DNA from: Octopus sinensis
Taxonomy: Eukaryota
Direction of reading: 5' to 3'
Length of the DNA stretch: 64,000 bases
Assembly: GCF_006345805.1 (NCBI RefSeq)
Contig: NC_042998.1
Coordinates: 113,522,001 to 113,586,000, forward strand
Position numbers and translations under genes: made by a program. The first letter of the stretch is position 1, and each line of letters opens with the position of its first letter. The notes under the pieces were generated by a model. The model was given only the letters and a program-made list of their open reading frames with translations. It searched no databases and was not told where the DNA came from. Positions 51,492 through 64,000 of this stretch are shown here, piece after piece.

Positions 51492-52276
51492 CAGCCGCGA
51501 CCAGGATTTCGAGACCCAATCTCAATACCTGGCCCGCATGTTCAGACTCCGAGGTTACCCACCCATACTCCTCTTTGATGCCCTCACCCGCGCCCGTCGC
51601 ATCGACCGCACTACCGCCCTGTCTCCTTCCCCCCGCCACCCCCACCCCCCCCCCCCACCCCAACCCACCCCCTTCCCCCTCCTTTTCCACCCCTCTACCC
51701 TACCCCTTCGTCGCAAGATACTACGTGCCTTCCGTCGCCTCCAGCTTGATTCCACCACCCGCCCCATTTTCCCTAACCCACCCCTGTCCTCTTTCAAACG
51801 AGCCCGCAATCTGCGTGACCTCCTGGTCCACAGCACCCTCTCTCCTTCCCCCTCAGCCCCACACGGATCATTCCCTTGCTCTAGATCCCGCTGCAACACT
51901 TGCCCCTTCATCACACAACACCACCGCTGTCACCGGCTCCAACTGCATACTGTACGCATTAGGCACTCTTTTACGTGCACCTCGTCTGCCTTATTTACTG
52001 CATAAATGCAACCTATGCGGGATGCTGTATGTAGGACAGACGGGACGCCGGTTGTCCGACCGTTTCACTGAACACTTGAGGGACGTTCGCCTACACTCTT
52101 TTTCTCCCGTCGCACGCCACTTCCGCTCGGCCGGCCATTCCCTAGATGACATCTCAGTGTTTGGTCTCGCCCCCCACAATGGTCGCCCACTTTCCAGGCT
52201 CCACTTGGAGCAACGCTACATCTTCACCCTACAAACTACCACCCCACACGGACTTAACACAGCCCCCTCCTCTTGA
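51492..52276 (+). mobile_element. Penelope-like element (Neptune type), RT end plus GIY-YIG endonuclease
   Basis: RGYP, SFKRARNLRDLLVH, Cys linker PCSRSRCNTC, then CNLCGMLYVGQTGRRLSDRFTEH...VARHF...EQRYIFTLQTTTPHGLN; one frameshift. Confidence 0.9.
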
Positions 52277-52299
52277 GATCCGTTTTTTTTTTTTTTTTT

Positions 52300-54750
52300 T
52301 TTCCCGGACACACCACCCACACCACCCACCCCACCTACCTCCCACACGCCTGTTCACACACACACATACGTAGACCCATCTACGTACATACATTCACACA
52401 TTTAATCACACACACTTACAGACATACTTGCACACACTAACACAAACCAACATGCACATACACACACACATACATCATACACACACACATACATACTTAC
52501 ACACACACACACACAGAGACATACATACACACATACACACACACATACATACGCACATACATACACACACACTCACACACACACACACCGCACGTACATA
52601 CTTCACACACACACACATGCACACATACATGTAGGCACATACATACATACATACCCACACATGCACACCCTTACTGAATGCACACACACATACACCTTTT
52701 TGCATCCAGGCAGCCCCCCTCTTTTCTGCTTTCCGGTTTTGGCTGATGGATCCTCGGTTCCCGCGTAGCGGGGCGTTCGAGGGCCTTTGCGCTCGCGCGC
52801 CTTGGCGCGCGCTGGGGGCTTGGTCGGCCCCTTGGGCTTGCGTTTGTACTGCTTTTGCGTTGTGTGCGTGAGCGCGCTTCGTGTGTGTGGGCTTGCTTCG
52901 GATGTGCGCGTGCGTATGTATGCATACATACCCACACACTCGCATGCATCCCTACCCACATACATACACGCACACCTACTCACACACACACACACACACA
53001 CACTACCTGCACACACACACAACATACCTACATTTCAGACATACACACACACAGACATACACCCATACACTCACACTCACACGCATACACACACACACAT
53101 ACACACGCACCGTACATACACACACACCACACACCACCTACATACATACATTACACTTGTATACACACACACTTACATTCATACACACACACACCTACAC
53201 AGCCATACCCTCACTCAGACACACACATCTACCTACACACACACACAAAACACACAACACACACCCATACATACATACATCTACACACACACGCCTACAC
53301 ACATACATACACACATACATAAACACACACACATACACATACACACACATACGCACACACACATATACTTATACACATGCACACACACATCATACATACA
53401 CCCATATACATACACACAACATACCTACATACTCCTATACGCACATACATACACACAGACATACACCATACACACTCACACAAACATACACACACACATA
53501 CTTACACACACACTCACCTGCACGCGCACACACATGCATGACAAACACCCATACACTCACACTCACATACGCACACACCAACATAAACACGCACACGCAC
53601 ACACACACCTACACTCCCACACACATACACACGCACCTACATACACACACGCACGCATACACACGCATACACACATACATTACACACGTACACACACACC
53701 TACATACACATGCATAACACACACACACACAAACATGCACGGACACACCCAGACATACACACATACACCTATATACACACGCCCCACACACTACATACAC
53801 ACCATATACACACACGCCACACACCTACATACACACACATACATACACACACATACACGGACACACCCATACATACTTACATACATACACCTATACACAC
53901 ACGCCACACCCTACATACACACACATGCATACACACACACACATGTACGCACATACACACACATATACGCACATACATATATACCACACACACATGCACA
54001 CACACACACATACGCACATGCATGCATGCATGCACACGCGCACACCTACACGCATACACACACACACACGCACGTCACATACATACATACACACACGCAT
54101 ACATACACCCATACACATACATGCATCCTACACACACATACATACACACTCACACATACATACACACACACACACTCACTCACACACCTGTATGTACGCG
54201 CACACACATGCACATACACACACTTCCCCACACCCACACGTACATACATACACACTCATACACATACACACCACACCACACACGGACATACATCTATGCA
54301 CACACATATTACACACATACTCACATACATTCATCGGACACACTGCCACCCAGACATACACACAGACACACTCACACATCCACACACATACATACTTACG
54401 CGCATACTCGCAGGCGCGCGCACACACGCGCTTGCGCCGGTTCGCGCACGCATACGCGCCGCATGCACCTCGCTCTTGGACCCCGAGACCTCCCGCCCGT
54501 TCCTGGGACCGTCGCTTGTCGTTGGGTTTTCCCACGCCCGTCTCCGCGGGACCACTCTTCCATCTTCCCCTCAGCTGGAGTCCTTTTTCCTTAACCCCCC
54601 CTTTTTCGTTACACACACGCGCACACATATACACACATTGCTTAAATATATACATTACTCTTACACACATTCAATCTACTCGCCATTAATACTACCACGA
54701 CACTGGACACACACACACACTACTACTCAACACACGCTGGCACGCTACAT
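52300..54750. repeat. ~2.4-kb irregular (AC)/(ACAT) low-complexity tract
   Basis: Direct inspection; accounts for the 679-aa His/Thr ORF. Confidence 0.9.
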
Positions 54751-55284
54751 ACGCCCCCCCCCCTTCCCCTCCCTCCCTTCCTCCTTCCTTCTTTTTCTTA
54801 CTACTGACCTTTGTCTGCTAAGCTGACCACTGTCTCGCCCTACCTCACACGCCTACACACAGACGCACACACTAACACAACATATATTTTTGTTGTTTTT
54901 ATCTCGCCTCACACACACACACTACACACACGCACACGCACACACTCACACATACACACACATCTGTTGCGTTACCAACCTTGTCTCCACTCTTTTGCCT
55001 TTAAAAACCTACTTGCTCTTGTTATCGTAAACATCCGCCTTTCACCATGTGCAACTCGTAAACACCAGTCGTTTTTTTTTTCTCTATCCCTGTTGCCCGC
55101 TCTGGGATCTTTCTTTCCTCTCTCTCTTCCTTCTTTATGTTTCCACGAAGAGCTCCGCTCGAAACGTCATACCTCCCTGCTTCCATTTCCTGAGCGCCTA
55201 TTAATATAATACTGTAATTGTTCCATTGTTGTGTTTTTTTTTGTTTCCCGTTTGGATTAAAATTATATATATATATATATACAT

Positions 55285-56510
55285 ACAAAGTACGTAAGGT
55301 TTGAGGACATATCCGTTTTGGGTCATTGCTGCACTTTTTGCTAACTTTGTACAATCTTTGTTTCAGAAAATTGCAGTCCTTCAGCTTACTCAAGAAATAA
55401 AGAGGTGTGCTGTTATTGTGCTTATAAAGACTGAGCATAGCGATTTAGAAATATCTCGATCTTTAAAAGTTGCCAGATCTTTCGTCTACAAAGATGTAAG
55501 GAGCTAGAAACTGAAGATGGAAATGTATCTCCAGTATCAAAGCATTCTAAACGCTCTGAAATCATCAGAACACCTGCAAGTTCAACAGACCATTGATTAC
55601 AACCATAGAAAATCCTGAGGTCAATTGCAAAAGATCACCATGTGTCAGAAGGATCAGTCAGAAATGGTGTCCATGAAGCAATCAGATATGAGTCTTTTAT
55701 GATGAGGAAAGGTCTATTTATCAGAAAAAGCAAAAGAAAATCACTACATCTGATCTAAAAGGCTCTTAATCAAACTGGAAAATCCAGCAGACGATTTGAT
55801 TTGACTCTTCTCAAACGAGAAAAACTTCGACCAATATCAAAAAGTAACAGAAGAAATGACAGATAGTTATGTGCAGACCCGTTTGAAATTTCAAGTATTA
55901 TGCATACAAAATTTCCTGCAACTGTCATGGTTTTAGGGGTTGTCAGCAATGGAGGACATGTGATGCTTCCTTACTTCTTTCCAAAAGGCCTTAATATTAA
56001 CTCTGCTGCCTACATTGAAGTCCTGGAAATGATTGTTAAGCTCTGGATAGACAGTGTATGCAATGGAAGGCCATATGTGTTTCAGTAAGACTCTGCACTA
56101 TCACACATGGCTCTAGTTTCACAGCAATGAATAGCTGAAAATTTTCACGATCACATAACCCCTAACATTTGGCCTCCTAATTCCCCAGATCTCAATCCAT
56201 TGGACTATTACACGTGGGGCATTGTTGAGAGAGAGGTCAATGAACATGCCCATAACACCAAAGATTCTTTGAAAGCTGCCATAGTCAGGGTAATGTCCAA
56301 AATGAACCAGGACCACTTGATTCGAGCATGTAGATGATTTAGATCTCATATAGAAGCAGTTGTTGAAGCTGAAGGTGGCTTTATTGAATAACATTATAGA
56401 AAAGAAGGTTTATTTTTATCCTCATAGCATTTTTTGATAAATAAATTTATTATCTGTTATTATATGTTTTTTTTTATAAACATAAATCTGTCCTCAAATA
56501 TCTTACGGAT

Positions 56511-56513
<3 letters not shown>
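55285..56513 (+). mobile_element. Near full-length decayed DD37D (maT-type) transposon
   Basis: EIKRCAVIV...KFPATVMVLGVVS...Q*DSA...WPPNSPDLNPLDYY (37 spacing); imperfect TIRs CGTAAG..TTTGAGGACA; flanked by (TA)n. Confidence 0.9.
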
Positions 56514-56569
<56 letters not shown>

Positions 56570-56759
56570 CACGCGTGTGCGAGTGCTGTGTATGTATGTG
56601 TGTGTGCGGTGCGCGCGCGTGTGTGTATGTGTGTGTGTGTTGTGTGTGTATGTGTGTGTGTGTGTGTTGTGTGTGTAAGTGTTTGTGTATTCAATAATAA
56701 GACTGAACAGATTCAGGAATACAATTTTAATGCTGTATCATCTCTCGAATATTCAAAAA

Positions 56760-57323
56760 TATTATTACAGAGGTAAATGAATATGTCCAAACCACAAAGC
56801 GCAAACCTCTCTCTGCCTCTCCTTTTCCACACAAACACGTATTCACGAAAATGTAGGGATGTGCTCAGAATACATCGGACTCCGATTAAAAAACTGTCAA
56901 TTGGAACACTCCTCTTACAAGACGACATCCTACAATACATTGGCAGTGCAAGTCCTGATACCAACAATTGGGATACTTGACTGATCTGAAAAGGAAATCG
57001 ACTCCATTGACATTAAAACCAGTAAGATCCTGACATCAACTGGAAACTTACACAGAAGAGTTTTATGGACAACCTCTCACTTATGATGAAGGAAGTAGAG
57101 GCTTCAGATCAGAGCAAAGAGCCTTTGAATGTCGTATTGTATTTTTCAAACAGCAGCTGCTAAACAACACAAAAACTAAATATATAAACCTAATTCTGAA
57201 AAACGAAGAGAAGAACATCCTACGTGTCCGTAGTGAGCTCCTCAGGAAGTACTCTCTGACTGACGAACTCCTGTACAACTGTTAGCTAGACTAACATCTG
57301 GATGTGAAACGGTTAGCATAGGA

Positions 57324-57405
<82 letters not shown>

Positions 57406-57690
57406 TACCATGCATAGTTAAGTTTCCCGAAGACTTGAAGCGACATTGTTATCGACATGGTATCGACATGGTACATGTCTTCCATTTCTATTGAAGACGT
57501 CACACATGTGATTAGTAGCTGCACAAAATTGTCATCAACGTACGACCTCTCTATGCGACATGATGTTGTCATAAAAACGATATCTAACGCCACACGAAAA
57601 AATACTGCTCCAGGATAAATATGGAGAATATCCCAGCTATCGAATACATAAACATTGACACAAGGAATATCGGTGAAACATTTTTTATCA
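56760..57690 (+). mobile_element. R4/Dong-like LINE fragment (RT thumb plus zinc knuckle), interrupted by (GA)n
   Basis: NTLAVQVLIPTIGILD*SEKEIDSIDIKTSKIL; GRGFR...AFECRIV; EDVTHVISSC...MRHDVV. Confidence 0.75.
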
Positions 57691-57809
57691 AGTTTCATTT
57701 CGGGATTTGGTTTGCAAGATTCTTTATGTGAATTCGTGTGTTGAAGCATATCTTATTGTGTCTAGGGAGAGTCATTCTCTTTCAGTGCCTTATTATTTAA
57801 CACACTCAC

Positions 57810-57821
57810 CAGTTCAATTTC
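57810..57821 (-). CDS. Candidate 12-nt microexon GAAATTGAACTG
   Basis: About 45-nt T-rich tract containing TGC and ending cctcgtacAG, 12-nt exon, consensus donor GTGAGT. Confidence 0.5.
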
Positions 57822-58544
57822 CTGTACGAGGAAACAAAGCAGAAATAAAACAAGAAATATTAAACAGAATATTTGAAGAAGTTACTCATAATCTACAGAT
57901 ACACCTGTCATTTTAATTGAATCTTAAACTATTCGTGACATTAAATTCAGATGTTACAGTAGAAAAGAGTAACCAAGCGTTCAACAGAACACTCACTGCC
58001 TGTCTGTCTGTATGTCTATATCTCCTTCTCTCTAGCACACACAAACACCACTCACATTTACACTCTTCATACATGTACACGCTCATAGTTTTGTAACGAT
58101 AAATGGAAAACCAAAATACTGGCCAAAACAGTCTGCTTTGTTATTAATACTCTCGTCTACTCACTGTAATATGACTGCATTATTGTCGTATTGAGTACTT
58201 TATACATATTGCTCCAGTCTGTACTTTAGAACGTTTGTTATTTCGTAGAATCATGAGGACTTTAGAAAAAAATGTATTTTCTATCACTTCACTATCTGTG
58301 TTTAAATCTCACCAAGCTCAACTTTGCCTTTTATCATTTAGGTGTTGATATGAAATAAAGTATCGGTCTAACAATGGGGTCCATTTAATCGACTCAACCC
58401 TGATACCAGTCACCAAATTTCTGATCTTATGTCTGGGTAAAGAACACTAAGGGTAGTAGGCTTGGCCGTGAAGCCTGAAACAAACGAAAGAACTAATGAA
58501 AGAACACCTATATGTTTGCATATACATAAATACACACATATACA

Positions 58545-58760
58545 GATATTCATTTCAAATTTTGACAGAAGGCTAGTAATTTGGGGAGAGGGGCTAAGTC
58601 GATTACATCGACCTCAGTGTTCAACTGGTACTTGTTTTAATGACCTCGAAAAGATGAAAGGCAAAATCTACCCCGGCGGAATTTGAACTTAGAAGACGCT
58701 CGAAATGTTGCAAAGCATTTTTGTCCGGTGAGCTAAGGATTCTGCCAACTCGTCGCTTTA
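58545..58760 (-). mobile_element. SINE family B
   Basis: GAAAGGCAAAATCTACCCCGGCGGAATTTGAACTTAGAA...TTCTGCCAACTCG. Confidence 0.75.
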
Positions 58761-60709
58761 CACAGATATACACGTATCACTAATAGGTTTACATGTGTTT
58801 GAATGAGCATTCAACTTTCGTCGCTCTTAACTTTGATGGTGAAAGGGTAAGAAGCAGTGGGTAAGAAGCAAAAGAAAGAGAATTGAAAGAAGTGAAGTAA
58901 ACGAAGGAGAAAAGTAAGAAGGTTGGCCAGGAAGGCAGATATAAGTGAAGAAAGTCGAAAATTAAGAACAAGTCAAAGAAAAGACTGACAATGGATAGGA
59001 CAGGAAGATAGTGAAGTACAATACATCAAACAACCTCAGAAACAATTAAATTGTAAGAGTAAAGAAAGGAATTGATAGTACAGAGGAAAAAGAGCAGAAG
59101 GTGGGGTGGATGGTGTTAACATATATACAACCACGCAATTAGAGGCATACATATATATGTACACCAGGTTACACACATACGCACTCACGCACACACATAC
59201 ACACACACGCACACACACACAAATCACATAATATACGTGCATTCCCTAAATCTTTCACCACTCCTAATAAATTTTACCAATATTCTGAAAATCTTCCGCA
59301 GAAAACAGTTTATTGACATTCTATTCAAAATATTTAAGGAACAACAAACACGAGTGATTAGAGTCATTTTAATATGTGGCGTGATTGACACCATTACTTT
59401 TACGGTTGTTCTCTCGTCAGTGCCCAGGAAAAAGTCAACAACCGGATCTTTCCTGTTTAACTGCAGCTGTGGAAATTTCAAAGTTTATTCAAAATTTTAA
59501 AATATGGTGTATTAATGTAGTTTTCCAAGCTGAATCTCAGGAGATTTTTCTCAGCAGAAATTTTTAAAAAGAGTTATAGAGGTTTAAAGTTTGATAATTT
59601 TCACCCAGTCAGAAAGCAGGATTTGGAAGCTGTCATTTTGTGCGTGACGGCGTGAGTTGTCAACACTCTGAAAATAACACGTGTTTTAATATGAAACTGT
59701 AAATAAATAAATTTTTGCTTTACGCACGACATACAACTCCTAATAACTTCTTTTTATTTTTGGAATTTTCAGAAAATTTTTGCGAATTTGTATTCCACAT
59801 TGGGGAAAAATTGGAGTGCGTGATTTAAGGCCTATTTGGTTGTTATTTTTAGCACGTTTCTCGATCAGGGTATAAGCAGCAGATGGGCACATTTCGCGTA
59901 AAATATATTTGTCAACACGTGCTATCTCGTAGACAAAAGAGTTCTCAAGTTTCGAAACAGGATAGAATGTGTCTGTGGCTTACGATTGGCTAAAATCATT
60001 CAAAATTTGCAAAGTTTAAAAAAGCTAATAACTCTTTATTTATTGATTTATGGCGAAAATGAATTTCATGACATTGATTAGCATATAAAAGTGCATCATT
60101 ATACCGAATATGAAATCAATTCGAACAGAAATCGAAGAGATTGAAAATTGGCAACCAAGTAGAAAAGATCCCAACAATCAATTACCATTATAAAAAATGA
60201 GAAAAGCTTACCTTTTAAAGAGTTCCAGCCAACTGGTATTAACCTAGCACACCTTAGCATTGTACACACATATATACATACACACAAACATTCTTACATT
60301 CACACATGCGCACATATGCATATAAACACACATATGTACATACACGCATGTGCCTTGTTTCATTTTTGACGTGCCATTTCATTGAAAGTCATTTAATGTG
60401 TATTACCGATCTGAAGAGAGAAATTTCTATTTCGTTGAGCACTTTTGATGAACTTTGCACGAATAAATTTTCTCGTTATAATTATTCCTATTATTTTTAT
60501 ATATACACACAGGCAAACATGTATGCATACATGGATCTATGTGTGTGTGTATATGTGTATTTTTGTGATTTGCATTATTTGTGTGTTCACACACACATAT
60601 ATGCACACACATTTACGCACACACGCACACAAACACATATATACATACAGAGGTATACATACATGAACACATACACACGCGTGTCTATGTGTTTCTGTTA
60701 TGCATTATC

Positions 60710-60749
<40 letters not shown>

Positions 60750-61277
60750 CACACGGAAATATATGAAATATAAAAACGTGTGTGTGGAGTGTGCACGTGT
60801 ACACATGCGCGCGTACACCACACATATATGCCTATATACATGCATATATATATATATATGTATGCATATGCACACATGCACACACAAGTATGTTTGGCCG
60901 GAATTAAGAATGCTTCAGACAGAACCGGCAATTAATAAGCAATCGCAATCATGATAAAGAGGATATAAATTGAATAATAATAATAAAAAAAAACTATATC
61001 AAATAACGAAATCAAAACACAAAATAAAATATAAAAAATAAAATAAAGTTTGTTGAAGAAAATACTACAAAGAATATAAAATAACTTGCCCTACAAAACA
61101 ACAACAACAACAACAATAACAACGACAACAACAATAACAACAACGTATTTAGATAATTGATTGACAGTCATTTATTTGATTCATTATCGATGGTAGTTCG
61201 GAAAGATTTGATGATGTAAATAATAATATCTAAATTATTATCTTTTATCTGTTATTATTTTTATCAGTAATGGTAGG

Positions 61278-61655
61278 GCAGTGAGTTGGCTGAATTTTTA
61301 GGGCGTCGAACAAGATGAGTTCTGAGTCCAAATCCCGCCGAGGTCGACTTTACTTTTCATTCTCTTGGGTTCGATAAAATAAGTGTCAGTGAAGCACTGA
61401 CTGTCAATGTAATCGACTTTCATTAGCCACTGAAAATTGCTACCCTTGTGTGAAAAATAGAAAGAATTTCAAGGTGTTCAGCTTGTCGAATCGTTAGCGA
61501 GTCGGACAAAAATTAGTGGCGTTTCTTCCAGCTTTATGCTCTGAGTTCAAATTTTGCCGAGGTCGGCATTACTTTTCGTCATTTCGGGGTCGAGGACTGG
61601 GGTCGACGTAATCGAGTTACCGCTCACCCGAATTTGCTGGTCTTGTGCCAAAAGA

Positions 61656-61687
<32 letters not shown>

Positions 61688-62168
61688 GGGAAAGAGAAGT
61701 GGGAAGTGAAGAAAAGATGAAAGGAAATGGGATAGCTTTTCTATGTAAACAAACACAACGCGCCCATTTTCTTTCTATACTCTTAAGGCGGCGAGCTGGC
61801 AGAAACGTTAGCACGCCGGGCGAAATGCTTAGCAGTATTTCGTCTGCCGCTATGTTCTGGGTTCAAATTCCGCCGAGGTCGACTTTACCTTTCATCCTTT
61901 CGGGGTCGATTAAATAAGTACCAGTTACACACTGGGGTCGGTATAATCGACTTAATCCGTTTGTCTGTCCTTGTTTGTTCTCTCTGTGTTTAGCCCCTTG
62001 TGGGTAGTAAAGAAATAAGTATTTCGTCAGTCTTTACGCTCTGAGTTCAAATCCCGCCGAGGTCGACTTTGCTTTTCATCCTTTCGGGGTCGATAAATTA
62101 AGTACCAGTCCTAATCGACTGGTTCCCTCCCCCAAAATTTCGATCCTTGTGCCTAGAGTAGAAAGAAT
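61278..62168 (+). mobile_element. SINE family B, four copies in tandem
   Basis: Copies at ~61278, ~61478, 61787 (intact GGCGGCGAGCTGGCAGAAACGTTAGC head) and ~62020, all on the + strand. Confidence 0.85.
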
Positions 62169-62290
62169 ACTATTCACTCGTACATCTTTCTTTTCCCTCC
62201 CCACTCTGTTACTTAACATAACCTTCTCTTTCTTTCTCTTGCCCTTCTCTCCCCCCTTCTGTCCTTCTTCTTTCTCCACCTCTACATACA

Positions 62291-62455
62291 GGCGCAGGAG
62301 TGGCTGTGTGGTAAGTAGCTTGCTAACCAACCACATGGTTGCGGGTTCAGTCCCACTGCGTGGCATCTTGGGCAAGTGTCTTCTGCTATAGCCCCGGGCC
62401 GACCAATGCCTTGTGAGTGGATTTGGTAGACGGAAACTGAAAGAAGCCTGTTGTA

Positions 62456-62498
<43 letters not shown>

Positions 62499-62700
62499 TT
62501 GTCCCCCTAGCATTGCTTGACAACCGATGCTGGTGTGTCTACGTCCCCGCCACTTAGCGGTTCGGCAAAAGAGACCGATAGAATAAGTACTGGGCTTACA
62601 AAGAATAAGTTCCGGGGTCGATTTGATCGACTAAAGGCGGTGCTCCAGCATGGCCGCAGTCAAATGACTGAAACAAGTAAAAGAGTAAAGAGTAAAGAGT
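62291..62700 (+). mobile_element. SINE family A, full length
   Basis: tRNA-like A/B-box head, internal (TA)n(TG)n, (GTAAAGA)n tail. Confidence 0.9.
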
Positions 62701-63202
62701 AATGTCTGTCTTTCTAACTTAGTAGCCGACTTACTGCTCTAACTACATATATTAAATATTTCCACCAATTTCTTCATATTTTGAAATGCTTTAACAGAAA
62801 AGTTTACGTAATGGACGCACTTCCTATTATATATTACGCAGACCTGAAACGTACGTATTGAATGATTTCAGCATATCACTATTTGGTCTTACTTCATTAT
62901 TACAACTTATACGACTCGATGCCAATTCAAACTGGTCGGTCTTGACTCCACTTATGCGAATAATCTAACAAGGATTTGGAGTAGTTTGTTACATTTGATT
63001 CGTGTCAAAACTCCTGGTACCATGCACTACTTTTTGGCGTAAATACACACACACACACACGTACGTACGTACGTACTACGTACGTATGTATGTATGTATG
63101 TATGTATGTATGTATGTATGTATGTATGTATGTATGTATGTATGGATGGATGGATGGATGGATGGATGTATATGTGCGTGTGCGTGCGTGTCTGTGTACA
63201 TG

Positions 63203-63718
<516 letters not shown>

Positions 63719-64000
63719 CATATATATATATATATATATATATAATTTCATCATATCTTCTCTCTTCGTTTTTTCTTTCTCTCTATTTTCTTCCTCTCAT
63801 CGCTTTCTCTCGAAAAGCGTAGGCTCGGAACATCAAAGACTTTTCAGTTCTTTCTGATCGTCAAACTAATACACCTACTTGTTGTTCCCTCACCTGTCTT
63901 TTGTTTTCTGTAAGGTTTCGCATTCCATCTTTACTATGTGTACGTGTGTTTTGTGTGCATGTATAAGGGTTTGTATATTACATTATTAGTAACGTATTAT

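Noticed and set aside
51040-52276. Apparent single ORF fusing AP endonuclease to a Penelope domain
   Set aside because: The two halves are separated by a 100-N gap of unknown size; the fusion is an artefact of translating through N.
52787-54826. 679-aa His/Thr-rich ORF
   Set aside because: Translation of an (AC)/(ACAT) tract, which cannot generate stops in these frames; several overlapping frames are equally open.
59330-60260. Possible Kolobok-like non-autonomous DNA transposon
   Set aside because: Composition looks transposon-like but I could not establish TIRs or a TSD.

Overview
AT-rich, microsatellite-saturated eukaryotic DNA with two 100-N gaps (6485-6584, 51392-51491). The SINE families and repeat content point to an octopus genome; this is inferred from recalled repeat consensuses, not from a search. 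No multi-exon host gene could be named. Most ORFs in the track are microsatellite translations. Supported content: two tandem tRNA-Glu(CTC) genes; about 30 copies of four tRNA-derived SINE families; decayed DD37D (maT-type) and mariner transposons; Tx1/L1, R4-like, Gypsy and Neptune-type Penelope fragments; a hAT MITE with an 8-bp TSD; several fold-back elements. Most notable: (1) a canonical minimal type I hammerhead ribozyme (45857-45904) plus two copies of a repeat carrying a hammerhead-like fold with a swapped G3:C8 core pair and an extra nucleotide (21272-21323, 49686-49742), next to a Penelope GIY-YIG element; (2) an apparently ORF1-only (HAL1-like) Tx1 derivative whose 5' junction carries a tandem duplication and a perfect 31-bp palindrome; (3) isolated exons with good splice signals, including a 12-nt microexon; (4) A-depleted islands that resemble A-to-G hypermutation but may be long-read artefacts.
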